NCBI RefSeq assembly: GCF_001949145.1
Contig: NW_019091355.1
Location: 2,710,646 to 2,774,645, forward strand
DNA from: Acanthaster planci
Taxonomy: Eukaryota
Length of the DNA: 64,000 bases
Direction of reading: 5' to 3'
Part shown: one piece after another, positions 49,001-60,852 of the stretch
Position numbering within the stretch: position 1 is the first letter of the stretch
How the letters are laid out: each line of letters starts with the position of its first letter
Translations under genes and position numbers: made by a program
Notes under the pieces: model-generated
Told to the model about the DNA's origin: nothing
The model's input: the letters and a program-made list of their open reading frames with translations, nothing else
Databases searched by the model: none

Positions 49001-51769
49001 ATCCTCCATACTGATCCAGGATTCCATTCGCACTGCCTCAACACAGTGAGAGGACTTGCCGGAGGATTGAGGCAGTGGGCACCCCCCCCGAACAGAACAC
49101 ATTCAAGAAATTTCGGAGGACTTTGGAGGACTGAGGCTATATCCTAGCCGAAAGGTCCTAGGCGTTAGGGTTAAAGATGACAGATCCCTGTATTCTGATT
49201 TTCAAGTAATCAGTAATGATTAAAAAAACTAGGCTGTCAATTTGAGATTTGTCAAAGGGAAGGGGTTTCTGACTATTGCATTTAAAATCTAACCAAGTTA
49301 TCAATTGACCCATAGAATGATTACGCAGAGTATCAAAGTAACACTCATAGGCCTTTAATGACTTCTTACCGTGTCGTGAGACTTCCCACATCTTACCGGC
49401 CCCATTCAAAGTTGTTCCTTGAGTGCATTTCCTGTGGAATGTCTCGGAAGATAGCCGTTCACGCATTGTGCATTTCATTTGTAGGCATGCAAGACTATAA
49501 CTACCTCCATACCAACTGCTTTGAGCTCACACTGGAACTGGGATGTGACAAGTTTCCGTCGGAATCCAAACTCAAAGGCTTCTGGGAGGACAACAAGCCA
49601 GCGCTACTACAATATATCAAGATGGTAGGCCATTCTTTCTGTACCGACCCCTCCTCCCAAAAAAATTGGACTGCATGTTACTTGCAGCGGGCGGGAGAGC
49701 GATTGAAATGTGGTAGATCATGCAAGTGCTGAAGTTAACGTAGTTCAGGTGCTTTCTCCCAACGAGTCCAATTTAATCGGAACTGTCCTGACTTTTTAAA
49801 GTTTCCAGACCACCAATGATTGGAACGTTCAGATTTCCATAAAAAGGGGAAAAATGGATAAAGTCCTAGCAAAAGAAGGCGCTGTTTGAAGGAAAAAACA
49901 AGGGCGCTGTGGCAGTTATACATGTGTACATGGAAATAGCTTCTTTCACAGGACTGCTTGTTTTGTTTTGTTTTGTGAACTCGTAAAATTGATTTTCCGA
50001 TTTCAGACTTTTCACAGTTGGCAGGTTTGGTATTGAGTCAACATTTAGAACAAGGATTGAAAATCATTTTGGAAATTAAAAAAAAAATAGAAATTGGTGC
50101 TTTCAAAAGCTGGTATAGCATTCTTGTACACCCTGAAATGAGTAAAAATTGGTCAATTGTCTTGTGTTGCTCTTCAGAGCCATGCTGGAATCACGGGCTT
50201 GGTGACTGAATATGATCCATACGGAGTGGGAGTTGGGATTGAACATGCTACCATCTCGGTGGAGGGTATCACCCACGATGTGACCACAGGTAGGATAGCT
50301 CAGTGCAGTGGTACTTAGAAAGCACAAAGACAAGTATGGGGAATAGTTTTGGCACAAGTGGACCATTCTTCACAGATTTTTGTATTGTCTTATGCCATAT
50401 AATAAAAAAAACCCAGAAGCATTGTTCTGATCAGTATTTCTATGGTAATAGACAGAAATAAAGAGTTAAATAGGATCAGAGGGTTGGCATAGCACCAAGC
50501 ATGATCCGATGTTTGGAGATACACCAAGTTAACGACATGTGGTTCTCACAGACCCTTACATGACTCAGACCCAGCTTAACAGAACGGGCGCCAAGCTGCC
50601 AGAGCCACTTCCGAGTGACAGGACAAAGACTCTGAGGAAGTCAAACCAACAGGAGTCCTTAACATTTCCCACCCACGTACTTCACCCAGCACATCCAAAA
50701 GAGGGATTAGTTGAGACGGTTGAACACGTACGTCTACAATCATCTCGCTTGCTGTGGTGCGCCAGCGGAAACATCAACCCACCCAAATCTACCAAGTGTG
50801 AATTAATGTACGGCAGATGTCAGGTGTTAAGTCTGTACACAGCTGCTGTTGACGCTGGGTGTCACTGATTGTCACAGAGACTTGAATTTGCATGCCGGCA
50901 GTTTTAGTTGAGGTGTAAATATACTGACATTGTTAACATGAGCGCTGCGAGAAGAATATTTGAAAAATTAAATAAGACAAAAAACGGGGGGACACCAAGC
51001 AAAAGGAAAAGAAACACTAATTTGCCATAAAGCTCTTCCACTCATAATGCTTGACCAGTTAATAGATGAGTCCTTGTCTTCCCCCCGGAAAAAATGGTTG
51101 CCCCCACAACCCCCTTCCTAGATAAAAATCCTAGGGCCAATTGCATAGAGCTGCTAAAGCACACAATCTGCTTAAGTGCGAAAAACCCTTGCTTAAAGAA
51201 ACGAAACTTACCAGCTCAAACTCTAAGTGATCATCATGCTAACCAAAAGACAGCTAAATACCATTCCAAAACAATATACATCACATGTAGTTTTGGCTGG
51301 TTACCTGATTTATCAAGCAAGGTTTTCTTCCACTTTAGCAAATTTTGTGCTTACGCGGCTCTGTGAAACTGGTCCCTGGTGACCCTCTGCATGGTCAGGT
51401 AAAGTATTCAAAGGTATGGTTCTTTTCAAGACAGAGGATGGGTTCTTGGTTATTTAGCGGACGCTTCTGCGTCCCAAAGAGCCATCGCCATAGTAACTAA
51501 CAAGATTCAAACATTGCTACTTATCTCCTACAGACAAGGGAGGTGACTACTGGCGTCTGCTGACTGCCAACGCAGACGGCTCCCCACGCCACTACAAGGT
51601 CCGAGCGTCGGCGCTGGGCTACATACCCTCCGAGCCACAGGTCTGCACCGTGTACGATGACATGCAAGCCACTCAGTGCAACTTTGTTCTGGAGCGTGAC
51701 AACACGATTCCGGAGCTGTCTCCGAAGGAGCTAGAGTTACTCATGAAGGAACTTGAAAACTATATCTAA
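43067..51769 (+). CDS. CPE: Carboxypeptidase E-like zinc metallocarboxypeptidase (M14B, N/E subfamily); 8 exons, 466 aa, with signal peptide
   Basis: Exons 43067-43304, 44596-44792, 46513-46695, 47491-47626, 48608-48766, 49485-49624, 50178-50289 and 51534-51769; total 1401 nt. Motifs [15 protein letters not shown] (Zn ligands), [30 protein letters not shown] (third Zn ligand), [29 protein letters not shown] (catalytic Glu), and a transthyretin-like domain with GDYWRLL. A single catalytic domain and no transmembrane segment favour CPE over CPD; orthology within the subfamily is untested. Confidence 0.88.
43852..43987. mobile_element. Near-perfect ~136-bp hairpin (MITE-like) in CPE intron 1
   Basis: ATAAGCCTTATTGCAAATACTGCATGGGTGATTTTGC..AATGGTAGAAAGGCA pairs with TGCCTTTCTACCATT..GCAAAATCACCCATGCAGTATTTGCGATAAGGCTTAT. 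Confidence 0.75.
46673..46866 (+). repeat. 95-bp tandem duplication spanning the CPE exon 3 splice donor
   Basis: GGAAGATATCCA..GAG|GTACGTAGATTAGATATGGTCGCTTCA...GGTCGCAGACAAGGTCATGTT occurs twice; donors at 46696 and 46791. Confidence 0.9.
48842..49174. mobile_element. Degenerate TTAA-flanked MITE in CPE intron 5
   Basis: TTAA at 48842 and GTTAGGG|TTAA ending at 49174; ATCCTCC / GGAGGA inverted subterminal motifs as in family C. Confidence 0.45.
51133..51378. mobile_element. PIF/Harbinger-like MITE in CPE intron 7
   Basis: AGGGCCAATTGCATAGAGCTGCTAAAGCACA at the left end pairs imperfectly with TGTGCTTACGCGGCTCTGTGAAACTGGTCCCT at the right end. The superfamily is inferred from the GGGCC-type termini. 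Confidence 0.6.
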
Positions 51770-53191
51770 GAAAACAACAGGTATAAGAAATCATTCTCCA
51801 AAGCACACCTTGATGTACATCGTGACTTCATTAGTTTCTGAAACGGTTACATGTACACCAGTGCATTTAAACAAGTGATGGGAAGAGTTATAGTAGGACC
51901 CATGAAGATGGAATCTAGAATAAATTGGCGCAATTTATTCCACTATTTCTGTCACAGAATAACTTCATAGATATGGAGGCGCGGCCCAAAATCTTAAACC
52001 TGGGGCACGTCTAAAACCTTGATCAGCTAAACCAATAAATGAAACTACTGAAGTGTGATAAATCAATGGTCACATCTTGAGAACTTGCTTAAATTAGGGT
52101 TAAAGGTATCACAGTAATTTTAATGGTATGTAAATGCCACCTTGGATCTTTATATCGGAATTGATATTTTAGGAAAAAAAAGGTCATTTTTATTATACAT
52201 CCAGATACTGATATTTTTTAGAAGACGACTGAGTATTGATGAGAGAAGCGTGGGAAAGAGATGAGAGTTCAGGGGGCGGGGGATGACTTGTTGGATTGAA
52301 AATATTCAGTTTGCAGATTTTAAAAAAGAATTGGAACTATACCGATCACGGATACACACTAATGGTATGATCAATGCATGGTGTGCATACCACACAGAGA
52401 ACGAGTAACTGTCATGGATAATTTTTTTGTTGTGTGTCGGTGAGTTTAGACTATCAGAGCAATATACATGTAGAGTGCTTCGTTCCGTAATCCATCGTAA
52501 TTGGCATGATTGTGTATAAATGTAGAAGAAAAGAAGTCGATTCACAGTCATTTGTAAGAAGTGACCGGTAATCAGTAGTCGTCGTTGTCGGATGGTTCTG
52601 AACTCAGGATGATATGTTTGGAATTCTTCCATTAGATGTGAAAGTACGTGTATCATTTTCTTCAGTTTGAAGATTTTCATCGACAGTACATATTGATAAG
52701 CCCTGGTTGCTTCCAACGGAGTACGTGTAGTTTACTTATATCAGACCGATGAAGCTGAAAGTGGAAATGTTCACTATGCACCGTTATGTCCCACAGCCTA
52801 ACGGCCATTGGCCCAACCCAGTATGAATGACGACGTGGCCCTGACCACCTGGACTTGTACACAAGTCAGTATGAAATCCAGATGCAGCTGAAAATTTCCC
52901 CTCAAAGTTTAAAGAATAAATCCATGGAATGGATTCCATGTTATCACTGTCTGATTGAGAATTGCTCGTGATCAGGGCCATTTCATTGTTAAGTAGTTAA
53001 TCTTATTTGTAATTCTAGTAGCGATTTGACCACTGTAATGTTGTGAACGTTAGACTCGGTGCGATAAATGTATGTGTAATTCACAAAGACTGTACCACCT
53101 TGAACTTTGATGTAGTTTGAATTTTTGGGCAGAGGTTGTTTTCAAGACCTGCAGGTATACAGTTCCCTTCTGGACTTAGCAGAAGTAGAGA

Positions 53192-53437
53192 GGGGCCATT
53201 CCATGGGGTTGGGGCACAATTTGTGACGGTGTCCCTGTTACATGGGTAACTTTTGCCACCTGTCATGACCTGTAGAGTTGGTCATTTACTCTGTAAAAAT
53301 AACACACACCTCTGTATTCAGCCCTGCAACATGTATAATTTGGGATCCACATGCAGGAAAATAGCTGTTCATTTTACGGAACCCACGTAACATTGGACAC
53401 CGTCACAAACTGTGCTCCAACCTCATGGAATGACCCA
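53192..53437. mobile_element. MITE-like inverted repeat downstream of the CPE stop codon
   Basis: CATTCCATGGGGTTGGGGCACAATTTGTGACGGTGTCC pairs imperfectly with GGACACCGTCACAAACTGTGCTCCAACCTCATGGAATG. Confidence 0.7.
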
Positions 53438-55611
53438 CAGACGACCTGTCTTTTGCTTGAATGCACCAGTGTGTAATCTGGTGTTTGAGAAGCGGCGTCT
53501 ATAATGGTTGGCAGGAGACACCTGCAGAAGGGTAAGCTTCATAGGTTTTGCATTTCTAGTAATCGGTGATAATTGCATCCCTAGGCTGATTTGAAGCCAA
53601 ATTGACCTCAGCGATTAAAGCTGTTCAAAAAAAAAAAGAATGCAGAATTTTTTTATGATGCAAGGTGACTGGGCAAAATGTGATGGGCGTAAGCATCGAA
53701 GTTTATTTGCAGCTGAGCAAATCATTATTTTTTTGCATGTAATTTTGATTGCACTGACTCAGAATGGATTTGAAATTTGGAAGTTCACTGAGAGATAATT
53801 ACTGTATTAATGACTGAAGCATGGTGATCTTTGCGGATGTAATTACAGACTATTCTAACGTTTCCCCATTAGTACTTTTTGCTGTGTTCATGGCATTACC
53901 CGATTCTTTATTCTAACTTAAACTGGGCTCTTGCTAACCTATAAACAGGTTTCCTACCTCTTTTAACAAAGTTCACAACCTTGATTTTGATTCAAGGAGT
54001 GATTGGGACTCCGATGAAAATTATTTATGCCTCTTGAAGTTGAACCTTTAAACTAAGTGCAATATCTTTGGTGTCGTTAACGAGGAGTAGTGCTGAGTAG
54101 TGTCAAGTATGCACCTTGTAATCAGGTTATGGTACTAACAAAACAGGTGTTAATGAATTTGTTCAGGCCTAAATTTTATTTCATTTTAAATTTGCAGGAG
54201 TGAAATTTATTTCCTCCATGTTCTTGCTTGTTTTGGACTGTATCTATTGTAAATCATATAAAGGTATATTTATTTTTTTCAAAATACGAGTAACTCTCTT
54301 CTCTGCACACGTGCATGCATGTAAGTCTCAATCAACATGTTACTTGTAATGTTGTCATTGCTGTCACCAGCTTGTACTTAAAATCATTCAGCCAATACAT
54401 TCCTAACGTAATATTTTCAGCCAGTATTTGCACTTAAATATGTTTGACAGATTCCAATATTCAAGACAATCTCAGAGTAGTGTTTTCCATTTGTTGTTTA
54501 TACTCACTAGCACAAAAAAGAGGTGTGGCATTTTGTAAAGATCTGGTATTTCGAAGAAAGAAATAAGATGACCTATGACATATGATCAACTTATGCTACA
54601 GGGGTGAGATTCGTCACGATTCCATGATTTTTCAAACAGTTGCTTTAAAAATCTGGAAAGTCCTGAGTTTACTGTTCAAGGTGTTTTTACGTATATAAAA
54701 GTTGATATACGTGTAGAATACAAGGACTAGGTATTTGTGACTCTGCCAAAATGGCCCTTGGGCTAATGTGTGACAAATTGATTTGAAGTGATGCCCAGAG
54801 CATTTTAACAAGGACTAAATTGAGTATTTTTGACCTCCGTTGCACATTCTATTCCCGAGACACAGTAAAATTTAGAATTGATGTCTGGCAGGTGTACGGA
54901 ATAGTCTGTTACGTAAATGTAGAGAGGCAAAGCATGACTTGACGGCCTTTTTTGCAGAGTGAGTCACATTTTAAGGAGTGCCTGGCGGCAACCACAAACA
55001 TATACCATAGACCCTATTCTGGTGCGGAGCCTTCAAAACCTCTTGATTATTTCATTTATATTTCACAATCCTCCAGTGACACCCCCCCATGCTGTCATAT
55101 TCCATTATTCTCTACCCTATTTCTGATCCTAGCTTAAGTTCCAGATCTCAATTTTTCCTAATTTTAGCACTTACGTACATCATACAAGTGCATTAGTGGT
55201 GATTAGTGGTTGTGCGTGTGTAGTCATTGTGAAGAAAGTCCTCGAATTATTTTCTGTTGTAGAATTGCAGTGTATATTTTGGCTCTATATTTTGGTTTCA
55301 TCACAATGTAATGTCAGTACTCGGTTCTAATAACATATACATGTACATGTGTAAACAAGAAGTCTTTCTTTATTTCTGTGGCCAGGAAGAGTATTAGAAT
55401 AGGCTTTACATGTAGTTACCTCGAAGAACATGTACAATGTACATGAGTGAACAATTTGGAAATCTGCCAAATTAATAGCATTTTAAATCTCCATCATTCT
55501 TCCATTACTTTTGAAAAACATTTCACAGCTTTCAAACTTCGGGCTCATTTGGCAAACCATTTTCAGGCTCTTTCTACCACAAGATTTTATGATATGTGAT
55601 CTGAAATTAGG

Positions 55612-58340
55612 ATGATTTTTTCCTTTAAAATTCTTAAAAATTCTTAGGTTACACCTTGCAATTTGTTTAAATCAAGATCAATTAAAATTGCAAGAATAAC
55701 CCCTTGCAAAATTTATTTCTTCGAAACTATTTTGAAAATCCCAGGTTAACCCCTAGAAATCAATTTGGGGGTCAAAATTGATTAAAATTGCAAGACTAAC
55801 CCCTTCCAAAATTCATTTCTTGAAAAGGTTTTTTTTCAATTCTAAGGCAATTTATTTTAGTCGAAATTGATTAAAATTGCAAGACTAACCCCTTGCAAAA
55901 TTCATTTCTTCAAAACTTTTTCAAATTTGTAGGTTAACCTCTAGAAAATCAATTTGGTCAAATTGATTAAAATTGCAAGACTAACCCCTTGCGAAATTCA
56001 TTTCTTCAAAATTTTTTTGAAATTCCTAGATTAACCCCTTGAAAAATAATTTGGTAATATTGATTAAAATTGCAAGACTAATGCCTTGCAAAATGCATTT
56101 NNNNNNNNNNNNNNNNNNNNNNNNNNNNNNNNNNNNNNNNNNNNNNNNNNNNNNNNNNNNNNNNNNNNNNNNNNNNNNNNNNNNNNNNNNNNNNNNNNNN
56201 NNNNNNNNNNNNNNNNNNNNNNNNNNNNNNNNNNNNNNNNNNNNNNNNNNNNNNNNNNNNNNNNNNNNNNNNNNNNNNNNNNNNNNNNNNNNNNNNNNNN
56301 NNNNNNNNNNNNNNNNNNNNNNNNNNNNNNNNNNNNNNNNNNNNNNNNNNNNNNNNNNNNNNNNNNNNNNNNNNNNNNNNNNNNNNNNNNNNNNNNNNNN
56401 NNNNNNNNNNNNNNNNNNNNNNNNNNNNNNNNNNNNNNNNNNNNNNNNNNNNNNNNNNNNNNNNNNNNNNNNNNNNNNNNNNNNNNNNNNNNNNNNNNNN
56501 NNNNNNNNNNNNNNNNNNNNNNNNNNNNNNNNNNNNNNNNNNNNNNNNNNNNNNNNNNNNNNNNNNNNNNNNNNNNNNNNNNNNNNNNNNNNNNNNNNNN
56601 NNNNNNNNNNNNNNNNNNNNNNNNNNNNNNNNNNNNNNNNNNNNNNNNNNNNNNNNNNNNNNNNNNNNNNNNNNNNNNNNNNNNNNNNNNNNNNNNNNNN
56701 NNNNNNNNNNNNNNNNNNNNNNNNNNNNNNNNNNNNNNNNNNNNNNNNNNNNNNNNNNNNNNNNNNNNNNNNNNNNNNNNNNNNNNNNNNNNNNNNNNNN
56801 NNNNNNNNNNNNNNNNNNNNNNNTTCATTTCTTGAAAACCTTTTTAAAATTCTAAGGTTAAGCTCTTGCAGTTTTTTTGGTTAAAATTGATTAAGATTGC
56901 AAGACTAACCCCTTGCAAAATTCATTTCTTTGAAACTTTTTCAAATTCATTGGTGAGCCCCTTGCAAAATTAATTTATACGAAACTTTTTTGAAATTCCC
57001 AGGTTCAGCCCTAGAAAACAATTTGGTCAGAATTGATTAAAATTGCAAGACTAACCCCTTGCAAAATTAATTTCTTCGAAAATTTTTCAAATTCCCAGGT
57101 TTACCCCTGGAAAATCAATTTGGTCAAAATTGATTAAAATTGCAAGACTAACCCCTTGTTAAATTCATTTCTTATAAACGTTTTTGAAATTCCTATGTTA
57201 ACCCCTAGAAAACAAATTCGGTGAAAATTGATTAATATTGCAAGACTAACCCCTTGCAAAATTCATTTCTTCAAAACTTTTTCAAATTCATTGGTTAACC
57301 CCTAGAAAATCAATTTGGTCAAATTGATTAAAATTGCAAGACTAACCCCTTGCAAAATTAATTTCTTTGAAATTTTTTTGAAATTCCTAGGTTAACCCCT
57401 TGAAAAATAATTTCGTCCAAATTGATTAAAATTGCAAGATTAATGCCTTGCAAAATTCATTTCTTTGAATCTTTTTCAAATTCATTGGTTAACCCCTAGA
57501 AAATCAATTTAGTCCAAATTGATTAAAATTGCAAGACTAACACCTTGCAAAATTCGTTTATACGAAACTTTTTTGAAATTTCTATGTTAACCCCTAGAAA
57601 ACAAATTTGGTCAAAATTGATTAAAATTGCAAGACTAACCCCTTGCAAAATTCATTTATTTAAAACTTTTTTTAAATTCTAAGGTTAGCCTCTTGCAATT
57701 TTTTTGGGTCAAAATTTATTAAAATTGCAAGACTAACCCCTTGCGAAANNNNNNNNNNNNNNNNNNNNNNNNNNNNNNNNNNNNNNNNNNNNNNNNNNNN
57801 NNNNNNNNNNNNNNNNNNNNNNNNNNNNNNNNNNNNNNNNNNNNNNNNNNNNNNNNNNNNNNNNNNNNNNNNNNNNNNNNNNNNNNNNNNNNNNNNNNNN
57901 NNNNNNNNNNNNNNNNNNNNNNNNNNNNNNNNNNNNNNNNNNNNNNNNNNNNNNNNNNNNNNNNNNNNNNNNNNNNNNNNNNNNNNNNNNNNNNNNNNNN
58001 NNNNNNNNCAAAATTCTAAGGTTGACCTCTTGCAATTTATTTTGGTCAAAATTGATTAAAATTGCAAGACTAACACCTTTCAAAATTCATTTCTTGAAAA
58101 CTTTTTCAAAATTCTAAGGTTAACCTCTTGCAATTTTTTTGGGTCAAAATTTATTAAAATTGCAAGACTAACCCCTTACAAAATTCATTTCTTTGAAAAT
58201 TTTTCAAATTCTTAGGTTAACCCCAGGAAAATCAATTTGGTCAAAATTGATTAAAATTGAGAGATTAACCCCTTGCAAAATTAATTTCTTATAAACTTTT
58301 TTGAAATTCCTATGTTAACCCCTTGCAGCAAATTTATGGC
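55612..58340. repeat. AT-rich satellite array, ~97-bp monomer, interrupted by two assembly gaps (56101-56823, 57749-58008)
   Basis: ATTGATTAAAATTGCAAGACTAACCCCTTGCAAAATTCATTTCTT recurs at 96-98 bp spacing (57032, 57129, 57227, 57323, 57421...). Confidence 0.95.
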
Positions 58341-59324
58341 AAAATACAACAATCAGACAAACCACAATACGTTTGTTGATTTTTTATAACATTGTTATTG
58401 CAGGTTTGTAAATTTTTAAGTTATATAAAATTGCGCGCACCATTTTGCCAAACCAGGTTTAACCTCAAAAAAACATTTTGAAAAAAAAATTGAACAGAAA
58501 GGTTTCGTCATAAATAACGTTAAAATATCTTTTTTCTACAATGGTAATACAAGAATCCATTTCAGGGTAAGTAAAAATTATATCAGAAATTATGTCCAAG
58601 GTTTTACAGAGAGTACAGCAGCTACACAGCAACTGACTTGGAAAGCAACAGATGTAAGTAGCTTCTTTGGCCAAATACAAGTGAGTTAATGTTTTAAGTA
58701 AAAATAAACTTTAATAGGGCAATCTTTCATTGATACTAAAGTAAGTTGAAGTTTAAATAAGATGCTTTTTAATACACAAACCATGTAGCTTTCTTTCTGT
58801 CAATCTGTCAGAACTGTCAGTTAATTCTGACTTGAAGCAACAAAACAAGTTGAACAAAATTTTTTTATTATGAGAACATTTCATGTCACGAGAAGCATTT
58901 GACGCATTTTTTTCTATATTACCATCCTGGTGATGTACAAGAGTGTCTCTAGGCAGCATGACAAATACTGCACACTTTGAACATTCTGTCCTTATCAGAT
59001 CTAGCATAAGGTATGACAGAAATGATTACAGCATTGCTCCTAAATCCTCAAGGCTCTAAACAGGCTATGACACCAACATGCATACCAAAATCCAATTGAG
59101 TCTGTGAATCGGTACTGAGTGAGGCATTAGCATGTAGGCAATATGTCTGTTTTCCAGTAACCATGGTAACCATGACTGAGTCAGCCATTTTGGTCAACAG
59201 CCTCAGCTATTTACAGCAGCAGAACACAAAACAAAAACTGAATGTGTAGCTACAAATGTTATCAAAAACATGTCCTAATACTGATCAAACTGAAAAAAGA
59301 TTTTAAATTCATTTTACCTCAGCA

Positions 59325-59507
59325 CAATGGCAATGGAGTGGGGGGAGTGCCCCCTCCCCCACATTTTTGACTGGGGGCATGCCCCTCCCCCTTTTTGCAG
59401 GTCCTATATGGGGTGGGGATGAATGGATCAGTCTATTAACGGCTGATACCTGATGGTTTCGCAACTAGCCCCCCTCTCCTACTTAGAACACTGTTCCTCT
59501 GCCGTTA
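59325..59507. mobile_element. Degenerate hAT-like MITE
   Basis: Termini CAATGGCA / TGCCGTTA flanked by CCTCAGCA (59317-59324) and CCTCAGTG (59508-59515); G/C-run-rich interior like the element at 15121. Confidence 0.45.
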
Positions 59508-60852
59508 CCTCAGTGCCATTTTCACATACATTTGCATCAGTGCATGCATGTTTTTAATGACTGTGTATCTAACTCAAAAGCACTATTAACTGCACACTTC
59601 TAACAGCGTTGAATCAGTGTATTACCAATTATTTAGTGTTCGAGAAGCTGCCAAGTAAAATTACATGAACATTGAAATTTCCCAAAATTTTCAGCTGAAT
59701 AACGCATATTTTATCAAAAAGGGACCGTGATCTGAAAAACGGTACACAATACAGCAGAAGTACATGTAGTGGGTTCCTTTAACACCAATATAAAAGTTAT
59801 CAAAATATGAGGCGGTTCCTTTACAGAGGAACTGCATGAATTTTTTACGCCCCCCTCAAAAAAATTGGGGGTGGGCGGGGTCTTCATCTGCTGACCATGC
59901 AGCAACCAAAATGCCCCTGTTTGCCCTCACTAAAAAAAGAAGTCACACATACGTAGTCTGCAGACTGTGTGAGATGCTGTTTGTCTGCCCAAGGGACATT
60001 ACATCACTGCGAGATAAGTAGCACCCTCCGTTGTACATGATGAATTCATAATTACTGTATTTACAGAGCCTTTAACCAATACATCCCGTCAACGTGACGT
60101 ACACCTGATTGGACACATCAACTCCCTGGAGTGGTATCAGCCCATCATGAGCAAACATAAAACAAAATCCTCCCAAAAACAGGACAAGATCATGTTTATG
60201 TATAAAATCCATACATACCGAGGCTGTTCATAAGAGTTTCCATATTACAAAAGGACAAAGGTTATTACATCTGAGCCTGGTTCCAATTTAATCATTTCAC
60301 TTCACGGCAGATAAATCACAAGTGATCTGCTCTTTAAACTTTATATGCATAGATCAACACACAGTTTGTCTCCGCGTTGGAAGTCAATTCCTAGCTCCAT
60401 TGGCAGATCAAATCAGGTCAGATCATCTCCATGGAACCTTGAGGTAACACTTCATCTGATCCAGTATAAATATTTGAGTGAATTATTCTTATTTGAGCAA
60501 TAAGTTTTAACAACTTTTAGGGAGAAACGATGGTTTGAACTTTCACATACTTGGGTCATTATATAAATCAAGGGTCCCATTTCTGTCGTGTCCCTGTCAC
60601 ATCAGACATTTGATTTTGTAGACTTTCAGAGCACATTATCTATTTTCCAAGAGTGATGAATTAATGCAAATTACCTGCCAGTGATATTTCTAATTACACA
60701 GGTCAGGTGTAACAGGTACACACAAATGTCACACTTTTTGGACCCCGAGTTTATAGAATGGCTCATTTATGTTTATTCTTATAAAGTTCAATGTACCCTA
60801 CAAAACACTGCAGTTCCAAACTGCACTATTAACACACTCAGGGAAATGTAGG

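Noticed and set aside
50480..50870. 5S-like or coding segment in CPE intron 7 (ORF 50539-50868)
   Set aside because: Only vague resemblance to 5S rRNA, and the ORF has no motifs or usable splice sites.
56039..58083. Long poly-X ORFs
   Set aside because: Translations of assembly N gaps within the satellite.
55612..58340. CRISPR-like regularly spaced repeats
   Set aside because: The intervening sequences are themselves homologous (no unique spacers), the context is eukaryotic, and no cas genes are present.
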